A stretch of 64,000 nt of DNA, from contig CAVSZB010000001.1 of the NCBI GenBank assembly GCA_963732385.1, positions 31,890 through 95,889 of the forward strand. Reading direction: 5' to 3'. This stretch comes from an uncultured bacterium. GTDB lineage: Bacteria; Krumholzibacteriota; Krumholzibacteriia; LZORAL124-64-63. Below the pieces are notes generated by a model. The model saw only the letters and a program-made list of their open reading frames with translations, searched no databases and was not told the origin of the DNA. Positions 54,157-64,000 of the stretch are shown in pieces. Made by a program: the position numbers and the translations under genes. Each line of letters begins with the position of its first letter. Within the stretch, counting starts at the first letter, position 1.

Positions 54157-55374
54157 ATGCGCATCGCCCTGCTGCTCAAGGCCGCGCTGCGGGCCATCGC
54201 GCGCAACAAGATGCGCTCCACGCTCACTGTGCTCGGCATCATCATCGGCGTGGGCGCGGTCATCGCCATGGTCGGCATCGGCGAGGGCGCCTCGAGCATG
54301 GTGCAGTCGCAGATCGCCAGCCTCGGCGACAATCTCATCAACATCTTTCCCGGTTCTCGCATGGCGGGCGGCGTGCACGGCGGCGCCGGCACCTACTCCA
54401 TGCTGACGGAGGACGACGTCGTCGCGATTCGCACGCAGGTCCCGTGGGTGACCGCAGTCAGTCCGGTCGCTCGCACCGGCGCGCAGGTCGTTTATGGCAA
54501 CCAGAACTGGGGCACGCAGATTTACGGCGGGAGCGAGAGCATCTTCGCCATCCGCCGCTGGGCGATCGTCAGCGGCACCGGCTTCAACGATTCGGCCGTG
54601 CGCGGCGTGGCCAAGGTGGCGGTCATCGGGCAGACCGTGGCCGAACAGCTGTTCCAGGGGTCCGACCCGGTCGGGCAGTCGATCCGCATCAAGAAGATCC
54701 CGTTCACGGTGATCGGCGTGCTTGACAAGAAAGGGCAGAATTCCTGGGGTCAGGACCAGGATGATGTCATCTTCGCGCCGTATACCACCGTGCTGAAGAA
54801 GATCTCCGGCGAGGACCACCTGAACATGATCCTCGCCTCGGCGACGTCGATGCAGGCGCTGCCACAGGCGGTCGAGGCGATCTCGCAGCTGCTGCGCGCC
54901 CGCCACCGCATCGCGGCCGGCAAGGATGACGACTTCACGGTCCGCACCCAGCAGGACATCGCGAACATCGCGGGCTCGACCTCGCAGGTCATGCGCACGC
55001 TGCTGGCCGTGATCGCGTCGATCTCGCTGTTCGTCGGCGGCATCGGCATCATGAACATCATGCTGGTGTCGGTCACGGAGCGGACTCGCGAGATCGGCAT
55101 TCGCATGGCCGTGGGGGCCAAGGGCTGGCACGTGATGCTGCAGTTCCTGGCCGAGGCGGTCGTGCTGGCGTGTTTCGGCGGGCTGCTCGGCATCGGCGTG
55201 GGGGTGGGGGCGGCCAACATCGTGCGCAAGACGGCGAACTGGCCGGTCCTGATCCAGCCCCAGGCGATCCTGGTGGCGTTCCTGTTCGCCGCCGCGATCG
55301 GCATCTTCTTCGGCTTCTGGCCGGCCCGCAAGGCGTCGCGTCTCGACCCGATCGAAGCGCTGCGCTATGAGTGA
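54157..55374 (+). CDS. MacB/FtsX-type ABC permease
   Basis: RSTLTVLGIIIGV, GGIGIMNIMLVSVTERTREIG, LDPIEALRYE. Confidence 0.94.
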   Translation: MRIALLLKAALRAIARNKMRSTLTVLGIIIGVGAVIAMVGIGEGASSMVQSQIASLGDNLINIFPGSRMAGGVHGGAGTYSMLTEDDVVAIRTQVPWVTAVSPVARTGAQVVYGNQNWGTQIYGGSESIFAIRRWAIVSGTGFNDSAVRGVAKVAVIGQTVAEQLFQGSDPVGQSIRIKKIPFTVIGVLDKKGQNSWGQDQDDVIFAPYTTVLKKISGEDHLNMILASATSMQALPQAVEAISQLLRARHRIAAGKDDDFTVRTQQDIANIAGSTSQVMRTLLAVIASISLFVGGIGIMNIMLVSVTERTREIGIRMAVGAKGWHVMLQFLAEAVVLACFGGLLGIGVGVGAANIVRKTANWPVLIQPQAILVAFLFAAAIGIFFGFWPARKASRLDPIEALRYE

Positions 55375-56173
55375 CGCCCTGCGCGGCGCGGCCGATCAGG
55401 CGCTTCCGCTGTGCGGTCGCCGCGTCATCGTCACCCGCGCGGCCGACCAGGCTGAAGACATCGTCGGCGCGCTGGCCATGCGTGGAGCCGAAGTGATCGC
55501 CTGCCCCGTCCTGCGCGTCGAGCCGCTCTCCGCCGCCCACCTCGTGCCGCTGCGCGATCGGCTGGCTGACTACGCTTGGGTTGTTTTCACCAGCGGCAAC
55601 GGGGTGCGCGGCCTGCTGACGCAACTCGCCGGACGGAGTCTCGACGCGCGCGCGCTCGGCGCGGCGAGAATCGTCTGCGTCGGCTCGACCACCGCCGCGG
55701 CGCTTGCCACCGGCGGCCTGCGCGTCGATTTCGTGCCGACTGATTTCCGGGCTGAGGCGATGCTGCGGGAATTTCTCACCGCCCATGACGTGAATGGCGC
55801 GCGCCTGTTGCGTGTGCGCGGCGGCAGGGCCTCGACGGAGGTGGAAGACGCCCTGCGCGAAGCCGGCGCCGAAGTCGATGTCCTCGACACCTACCGCACC
55901 GTGCCGGCCGAACCGTCGCCCGAAGTGCGCGCCGACATTCTCGCCCGCGGCGCCGCAGCCGTCACCTTCGCCAGCGGCTCCGCCGTGGACGGCTTCGACC
56001 GCGCGGTGCCGGAGCACGGTCTGCACGCGAAGGCGCTGGCCGCCTGCATCGGACCGGTCACGGCGCTGGCGGCGGAGCGGGCGGGCTGGGGGCAAATCGT
56101 GGCGCCCCCGGAGAGCACGGCCGGCGCGCTGGTGGACGCGCTGGTGGACGCGATCGTGCGGCATCCGCTCTGA
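55367..56173 (+). CDS. hemD: Uroporphyrinogen-III synthase
   Basis: VIVTRA, WVVFTSGNGV, CVGSTTA, YRT, FASGSAV, CIGPVTA. Confidence 0.88.
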   Translation: MSDALRGAADQALPLCGRRVIVTRAADQAEDIVGALAMRGAEVIACPVLRVEPLSAAHLVPLRDRLADYAWVVFTSGNGVRGLLTQLAGRSLDARALGAARIVCVGSTTAAALATGGLRVDFVPTDFRAEAMLREFLTAHDVNGARLLRVRGGRASTEVEDALREAGAEVDVLDTYRTVPAEPSPEVRADILARGAAAVTFASGSAVDGFDRAVPEHGLHAKALAACIGPVTALAAERAGWGQIVAPPESTAGALVDALVDAIVRHPL

Positions 56174-56197
56174 GCTTCGCTCCTCCGGGCAGCTTCG

Positions 56198-57106
56198 TCA
56201 CTCCTGCGGCTCCAGAAACGTCCCCCGGTCTAGCTCCGCGAACGCCTGCTCCAGCTGTTCCTGGGTGTTCATGACGATCGGGCCGCGCCAGGCGACCGGC
56301 TCCCGCAACGGCCTGCCCGAGACCAGGAGGAAGCGGATCCCTTCGTCTCTCGCCTGCACCGTGATCTCGTCGCCGCGATCGAACAGCACGAGCGTACGAT
56401 TGTCGGCCGCGGTCGGCGGCGACGTGTCGACCCGGCCCACCACCTCGGTCGGTACAGCGAGAGGCTTGGACGCGTGGGCGAAATTCCCGGACCCCGCGAA
56501 GACATACGCGAAGGCGTGGCGCGCGGTCTCGATCGGGAGAGTCCGCCGCACGCCCGGGGGCACTGAAACGTCGAGGTAGAGCGGATCGGCCGCGATGCCG
56601 TCGACCGGCCCCGTACGGCCCCAGAAGTGGCCGCACACGATCCGCACCCCGGTCCCGTCGTCGTCGGTGATCAGCGGGATGTCAGGCGCTTTGATCTCCT
56701 GGTAACGGGGCGCCGTCATCTTGAGCGCCGCCGGGAGGTTCGCCCAGAGCTGGAACCCGTGCATCCGGCCGGCGTCGTCGCCCCGGGGCATCTCCTGGTG
56801 GATGATGCCGCGGCCGGCCGTCATCCACTGGACATCGCCCGCGGAGATGACGCCGCGGTTCCCCATGCTGTCGCCGTGCTCGACGTCCCCCGCGAGGACA
56901 TACGTGATCGTCTCGATCCCGCGGTGGGGATGCCAGGGGAAGCCGGCCAGGTAATCATCCGGACGTTCGCTGCGGAAGTCGTCGAAGAGCAGGAACGGAT
57001 CGAATTCGGTGGTATTCCCGAAGCCGAAGGCCCGGCGCAGATTCACGCCGGCCCCCTCGCGGGTCGGCCGGGGCTTCGCGAGGCGCTTCACGGGTCGGAT
57101 CGACAT
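56198..57106 (-). CDS. Pirin family protein
   Basis: DPFLLFD, HPHRGIETITY, WMTAGRGIIHQE, GPIVMNT. Confidence 0.94.
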   Translation of the reverse strand: MSIRPVKRLAKPRPTREGAGVNLRRAFGFGNTTEFDPFLLFDDFRSERPDDYLAGFPWHPHRGIETITYVLAGDVEHGDSMGNRGVISAGDVQWMTAGRGIIHQEMPRGDDAGRMHGFQLWANLPAALKMTAPRYQEIKAPDIPLITDDDGTGVRIVCGHFWGRTGPVDGIAADPLYLDVSVPPGVRRTLPIETARHAFAYVFAGSGNFAHASKPLAVPTEVVGRVDTSPPTAADNRTLVLFDRGDEITVQARDEGIRFLLVSGRPLREPVAWRGPIVMNTQEQLEQAFAELDRGTFLEPQE

Positions 57107-57219
57107 TGGTGCACTCCTTTCTCCGGGGGGCAGCCCCCGGGAGAACGGGTCCCAGGCTAGTGCGAACCGCGTCGGACCGCCCGTGGCGTGGCGTCCGGGA
57201 CGCCGACAACCCGGTCGCA

Positions 57220-57240
57220 TTCTTGACCACTTCTTGACGC
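57220..57240 (+). promoter_or_regulatory. Direct repeat, candidate KdpE (OmpR-family) binding site
   Basis: TTCTTGAC at 57220 and 57231 (11-bp period) upstream of the kdp operon. Confidence 0.55.
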
Positions 57241-57335
57241 AATTACCCTTCTCCTGAAGCCCGGATTGACGCGGCGACCCTTACTCTGTGATCACGGCGC
57301 GCGATTCGCGCCGGGTCGGTCGTGAGGAAGGCGTT

Positions 57336-57428
57336 ATGGACAGCCCCCATGCCATCGCGGTGCTCGTGACCTGCTTCATGCTGATGGCCCTGGCCTGGAG
57401 CATCGTTCGCCCTCAGGGACGCCGCTGA
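57336..57428 (+). CDS. 30-aa hydrophobic micropeptide, KdpF-like
   Basis: MDSPHAIAVLVTCFMLMALAWSIVRPQGRR; GAGGAAGG RBS. Confidence 0.55.
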   Translation: MDSPHAIAVLVTCFMLMALAWSIVRPQGRR

Positions 57429-57454
57429 CCCTGGCTGTCATCGGGGAGGGAACC

Positions 57455-57550
57455 GTGCGGGACCTGCTGTTCGTCGGGATCACGCTGGCTTTCTTCGCGC
57501 TGGGTGCGCTGTACGCGCGGGTCTGCGCCAGGCTGCCGGGGGCGTCATGA
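57455..57550 (+). CDS. 31-aa hydrophobic micropeptide upstream of kdpF
   Basis: MRDLLFVGITLAFFALGALYARVCARLPGAS; GGAGG RBS; ATGA overlap with kdpF. Confidence 0.7.
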   Translation: MRDLLFVGITLAFFALGALYARVCARLPGAS

Positions 57551-57636
57551 CGGTCGAATACGCGGCGGGCGGCGTGCTGGCAGTGCTCCTGCTGGGGTAC
57601 CTCGTTTACGCGCTGTTGCGGCCGGAGCGATTCTAG
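57547..57636 (+). CDS. kdpF: K+-transporting ATPase subunit F
   Basis: MTVEYAAGGVLAVLLLGYLVYALLRPERF. Confidence 0.93.
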   Translation: MTVEYAAGGVLAVLLLGYLVYALLRPERF

Positions 57637-57646
57637 GAGGCGCGGG

Positions 57647-59365
57647 ATGACGACCATCGGCTGGATGCAGATCGCGGTGTTTTTCGCCGCGGTGCTGGCG
57701 GTGGCCAGGCCGCTCGGGTTGTTCATGCACCGGGTGCTCGAGGGAGAGCCGCACCCGTTCACGCGGCCGCTAGGGTGGATGGAGCGGGGGGTGCTGCGTG
57801 CGTGCCGGGTGGACGGCCACGAGCAGCGGTGGACGGAGTACGCGTTCGGACTGCTGGCGTTCAGCGGGCTGACGATGCTCGTCACGTACGCCCTGCAACG
57901 GCTGCAACACCTGCTGCCGCTCAATCCGCAGGGTCTGCCGGCGGTGGGGGCGGCGTCGGCGTTCAACACGGCGGCCAGCTTCACCTCCAACACCAACTGG
58001 CAGGGCTACGCGGGCGAGACGACCATGAGCTACCTCACGCAGATGGCGGGGCTGGGGTGGCACAACTTCATCTCGGCGGCGGCGGGAATCGCGGTGGCGG
58101 CGGCGTTGGCGCGCGGGCTGACGCGGCAGGGCGCCGGCAGGGGTCCGGGCACGGTGGGCAACGTCTGGCTGGACCTGACCCGGACGATCGTGCACATCCT
58201 GCTACCGCTGAGCGTGTTGCTGGCGCTGGTGTTCGTCTCGCGCGGCGTGATCCAGAATTTCGCTCCGTACCGGGAGGTGAAGACGATCGAGGGCGACCGC
58301 CAGGTTATGGCCATGGGACCGGTGGCGTCGCAGGAGGCGATCAAGCAGCTCGGCACGAACGGCGGCGGCTTCTTCAACGCGAACTCGGCGCACCCGTTCG
58401 AGAACCCGACCCCGCTCACGAATTTCCTCTCGCTGCTGGCGATCTTCGCCATCCCGGCGGGCCTCACCTTCACGTTCGGGCGGATGGCGCGCGACCAGCG
58501 GCAGGGGTGGGTCCTGCTGGCGGCGATGAGCCTGTTCTTCCTCGCCGGTGTAACTGCGGCCTACCGGGCGGAGTCGGCGGACAACCCGGCGCTGCGGCAG
58601 GCGGGCGCGGCGCCGGGCGGCGGCAACCTGGAAGGGAAGGAGACCCGGTTCGGCGTGGCGGCCTCGTCGCTCTACGCCGTCGTCACCACCGATGCCTCCT
58701 GCGGCGCCGTCAACGCGATGCACGACAGTTTCACGCCGCTCGGCGGGCTGGTGCCGCTCTTCAACATCCAGCTGGGCGAAGTGGTGTTCGGCGGGGTGGG
58801 TGCGGGACTGTACGGAATGCTGGTGATGGCGCTGCTGTCGGTGTTCATCGCCGGGCTGATGGTGGGACGCACGCCGGAGTACCTCGGCAAGAAGATCGGG
58901 GCGCGCGAGGTCAAGCTGGCCATGCTCTACGTGCTGATCTTCCCGCTGCTCGTCCTCGCGCCGACGGCGGTGTCGGCGGTGCGGCCCGCGTCGCTGGCGT
59001 CGCTGAACAACGCCGGACCGCACGGACTGACGGAGATCCTCTACGCCTGCACCAGCGCGGCGGGAAACAACGGGTCCGCGTTCGCGGGGCTCAACGCCAA
59101 CACGCTCTGGTACAACCTCACGCTCGGCCTGGTGATGCTGGCCGGGCGCTTCCTGATGATCGTGCCGGTGCTGGCGATCGCCGGGTCGCTGGCCGGAAAG
59201 ACCCGCGCCCCGGCCGGTCCCGGCACTCTGCCCACGACCGGACCGCTGTTCGCCGTGCTGCTCGTGTCGGTGATCATGATCGTGGGGGCGCTGACCTTCT
59301 TTCCGGCCCTGAGCCTCGGCCCGGTCGTGGAGCATTTCCTGGCGCAGGCCGGAAAGGCGTACTGA
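57647..59365 (+). CDS. kdpA: K+-transporting ATPase subunit A
   Basis: NTNWQGY, LGTNGGGFFNANSAHPFENP, SCGAVN, NNGSAFAG. Confidence 0.97.
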   Translation: MTTIGWMQIAVFFAAVLAVARPLGLFMHRVLEGEPHPFTRPLGWMERGVLRACRVDGHEQRWTEYAFGLLAFSGLTMLVTYALQRLQHLLPLNPQGLPAVGAASAFNTAASFTSNTNWQGYAGETTMSYLTQMAGLGWHNFISAAAGIAVAAALARGLTRQGAGRGPGTVGNVWLDLTRTIVHILLPLSVLLALVFVSRGVIQNFAPYREVKTIEGDRQVMAMGPVASQEAIKQLGTNGGGFFNANSAHPFENPTPLTNFLSLLAIFAIPAGLTFTFGRMARDQRQGWVLLAAMSLFFLAGVTAAYRAESADNPALRQAGAAPGGGNLEGKETRFGVAASSLYAVVTTDASCGAVNAMHDSFTPLGGLVPLFNIQLGEVVFGGVGAGLYGMLVMALLSVFIAGLMVGRTPEYLGKKIGAREVKLAMLYVLIFPLLVLAPTAVSAVRPASLASLNNAGPHGLTEILYACTSAAGNNGSAFAGLNANTLWYNLTLGLVMLAGRFLMIVPVLAIAGSLAGKTRAPAGPGTLPTTGPLFAVLLVSVIMIVGALTFFPALSLGPVVEHFLAQAGKAY

Positions 59366-59368
59366 GTC

Positions 59369-61420
<2,052 letters not shown>

Positions 61421-61428
61421 GAGAAGCC

Positions 61429-62022
61429 ATGTTTCGCCAGTTCGGCATCGCCGCGCGGATGACTCTCGTGACGTTCGTGCTCACGGGGCTGCTGTACCCG
61501 CTGCTCGTGACGGGGCTGGCGGGGGCGCTGTTCCCGCGCGCGGCGGCCGGAAGCCTCGTCGCGGTGAACGGCCGGACGGTCGGTTCCGCGTTGATCGGGC
61601 AGCGGTTCGACGGTCCGGCCCGGTTCCAGGGACGGCCGTCGGCTGCCGGGGTCGACGGGTATGACGCCGCCGCCTCCGGGGGCTCAAACCTCGGCCCGAC
61701 CTCCGCGAAGCTGCGCGACCGGGCGGCCGTCGAACTGACGCGGCTGGTGGCGGAGAATCCGGAGGCTGACGGGCCCCCACCGGTGGAGTTGCTGGCGGCC
61801 TCGGCCAGCGGCCTCGACCCGCACCTTAGCCCTGCCGCGGCCCTTTGGCAGGCTCCGCGCGTGGCGGCGGCGCGAGGGGTCGCGCTGCGGGAAGTGCAGG
61901 CGCTCGTGGCGGCGCGGACGGAGCCCCGGACGCTCGGATTCCTCGGCGAACCGCGGGTGAACGTGCTGTTGCTGAACCTCGACCTCGACCGACGGTTCGG
62001 CCAGTCTGGCCTTTCGCCGTAG
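61429..62022 (+). CDS. kdpC: K+-transporting ATPase subunit C
   Basis: GSALIGQ, SGGSNLGP, SASGLDPH, EPRVNVLLLN. Confidence 0.96.
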   Translation: MFRQFGIAARMTLVTFVLTGLLYPLLVTGLAGALFPRAAAGSLVAVNGRTVGSALIGQRFDGPARFQGRPSAAGVDGYDAAASGGSNLGPTSAKLRDRAAVELTRLVAENPEADGPPPVELLAASASGLDPHLSPAAALWQAPRVAAARGVALREVQALVAARTEPRTLGFLGEPRVNVLLLNLDLDRRFGQSGLSP

Positions 62023-62120
62023 AGGTTGCGCCGCTGGTGCGCCGCGGGCGGACCTTGCCCTGTTCCTAAGGACGGGGATACCATGACCGCGGCAGGACGG
62101 TCCGTGACGGGGAGTTGCCA

Positions 62121-64000
62121 ATGCCCATTGATGACGGATCCGCCGGCGGCCGCGATGAACGGCCCGACCCCGACACCTTGCTCTCGCGGGTCGCTGCAGA
62201 GGAAGAACGGGCGCGGCACGGGCGCCTGCGGGTTTTTCTCGGCTATGCCGCCGGCGTCGGCAAGACCTACGCGATGCTCCAGGCGGCGCAAGCCCGCCGC
62301 GCGGAGGGTGCAGATGTCGTTGTTGCGTACGTCGAAACGCACGCCAGGCCCGAGACGATGGCCCTGCTTGAAGGCCTCGAGGTCATCCCGCGACGGAGCC
62401 TGGAGTACCGTGGCGCCAGGCTGAGCGAGCTCGATTCCGACGCGGTTCTGGCGCGGCGGCCGGCGCTCGCGCTCGTGGATGAGTTTGCCCACACCAACGC
62501 GCCCGGCTCGCGTCACCCCAAACGCCACCTCGATGTCGCGGAGCTGCTGCAGGCCGGCATCGATGTCTACACGACGCTCAACATCCAGCACGTGGAGAGC
62601 CTGGCCGACGTGGTGGCCGGCATTACCGGCGTGGAGATGCGGGAACGGGTGCCCGACGGCGTGCTCGACGCGGTCGCCGAGATTTCGCTCATCGACCTGC
62701 CGCCCGACGAGCTGCGCCGCCGGCTGCGGGACGGGAAGGTCTACGTTCCCGAGCAGGTCGCGCTGGCGACCGAGCGGTTCTTCCGGACCGGCAACCTGAT
62801 GGCGCTGCGTGAACTGGCCACGCGCTGGGCCGCGCGGCGCGCCGACGACGACATGCAGGCGTTCATGCAGGCGAACGCCATCAAGGGACCGTGGGCGGCC
62901 AGCGAGCGGCTGCTGGTCTGTGTCAGTGGAAGTCCGCAGAGCGAGCGCCTGATCCGCGCGACGCGGCGCCTGGCCGACGAACTGCGCGCCGAGTGGCACG
63001 CCGTCCACGTGGAGACGACGGCGGTCGACCGGATCAGCCGGCAGAACCGCGAGCGCATCTGGAGCGATCTGGCTCTGGCGGAGCGTCTCGGAGCGCGGAC
63101 GGCCACCATCGCCGGGGATTCGGTCAACGAGGCGCTCATCCGGTTCGCGCGCGACCACAACATCACGAAGATACTGGTCGGGCGATCGAGCCGGGGCAGG
63201 GGCGGCTGGTTCCGGAGTCCCGCACCCGCCGAGGCGCTCATCCGGGCTCGGATCCCCATCGATCTGATCCTCGTCGGCGACGATGGCGTCCCGCATCCAC
63301 CCGAGCCGTCGCGCGAGTGGCGAAGGCACGCCTCGGCCGGCGACTACCTGAAGAGCGCCGCGTACGTGGCGCTCGCCACGCTGTTCGGCGAGCTGCTGCG
63401 CCGCCAGGTCTCGCCGACCAACCTGGTCATGCCGTACCTGGTCGCCGTAGTGCTGGCCGCGCTCCGTCTCGGGCGGGGCCCGGCCATCGCGGCGGCCGGC
63501 CTGAGCGTTTTCGGTTTCGATCTGTTCTTCGTGCCGCCCCGCCTCTCCATCGCCGTGAACGACACCGAGTACCTGCTGACCTTCCTCGGGCTCTTCCTGG
63601 TCGGCGTGGTGGTCAGCGCGCTCGTGGCGCGGGCGCGTGACCGCACCGAGGCGGCGCGCGACCGGGAGGCGCAGACCGCCACCCTTTTCGGGCTCAGCCG
63701 CGACCTGGCGGTGGCCGGCGACGCCGACGCCATCGCCGACGCCACCGTGCGGCACATCGGCGCCTTCCTGCATGAGGAAGCGGTGGTATTGGTGGTGCGC
63801 GGCGCCCTGCTGGAGCCGCTCGGCGCCACGCCGCCCCCGGCGTTCGGTCACGAGGAACTGGCAGTGGCCGGCTGGGTGGTGAAGAACGGCCTGCCGGCGG
63901 GGCGGGGCACCGATACGGTCGGTTCCCTCGAGCGGACCTTCTTTCCTCTGAAGACATCCTCCGCCGTGGCGGGGATCATAGGCGTGCGTCTGCGCCAGCC
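62121..64000 (+). CDS. kdpD: Sensor histidine kinase KdpD (truncated by window end)
   Basis: RPDPDTLL, GYAAGVGKTYAML, VDEFAHTN, TTLNIQHVESL, Usp domain, four TM helices. Confidence 0.94.
   Translation, partial: MPIDDGSAGGRDERPDPDTLLSRVAAEEERARHGRLRVFLGYAAGVGKTYAMLQAAQARRAEGADVVVAYVETHARPETMALLEGLEVIPRRSLEYRGARLSELDSDAVLARRPALALVDEFAHTNAPGSRHPKRHLDVAELLQAGIDVYTTLNIQHVESLADVVAGITGVEMRERVPDGVLDAVAEISLIDLPPDELRRRLRDGKVYVPEQVALATERFFRTGNLMALRELATRWAARRADDDMQAFMQANAIKGPWAASERLLVCVSGSPQSERLIRATRRLADELRAEWHAVHVETTAVDRISRQNRERIWSDLALAERLGARTATIAGDSVNEALIRFARDHNITKILVGRSSRGRGGWFRSPAPAEALIRARIPIDLILVGDDGVPHPPEPSREWRRHASAGDYLKSAAYVALATLFGELLRRQVSPTNLVMPYLVAVVLAALRLGRGPAIAAAGLSVFGFDLFFVPPRLSIAVNDTEYLLTFLGLFLVGVVVSALVARARDRTEAARDREAQTATLFGLSRDLAVAGDADAIADATVRHIGAFLHEEAVVLVVRGALLEPLGATPPPAFGHEELAVAGWVVKNGLPAGRGTDTVGSLERTFFPLKTSSAVAGIIGVRLRQ

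Overview
High-GC bacterial chromosomal window with about 60 densely packed protein-coding genes. I saw no rRNA, tRNA, CRISPR array, integrase or transposase. Secreted proteins ending in a 'SWGGIKSLFR'-type tail or an FlgD-Ig tail suggest an FCB-group candidate lineage such as Krumholzibacteriota/Latescibacterota/Eisenbacteria; this is inference from recalled family patterns. Main contents: dispersed late menaquinone genes (UbiD, MenG, UbiX, UbiA/MqnP-like); RNA-modification and translation genes (DEAD helicase, TrmJ, RlmD, ThiI, EttA, RlmI-like); signalling genes (Hpt, hybrid kinase, H-NOX plus kinase, ECF sigma plus partner, HDOD); a sigma54-driven Orp-like NifX/MinD-4Fe4S/CGGC operon with a visible promoter and enhancer palindromes; a trehalose cluster with a membrane-anchored OtsA; a frameshifted MacAB-type exporter coupled to hemD; and kdpFABCD preceded by two extra membrane micropeptides. 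The strongest leads are: (1) a lipoprotein serine protease followed by a stand-alone lipoprotein copy of its own N-terminal domain; (2) a shared C-terminal tail on unrelated secreted proteins; (3) a 34-bp palindromic repeat bracketing 4.3 kb; (4) an apparently circularly permuted lamin-tail domain; (5) three candidate structured RNAs. All product calls come from motif recognition by eye; no database search was run.
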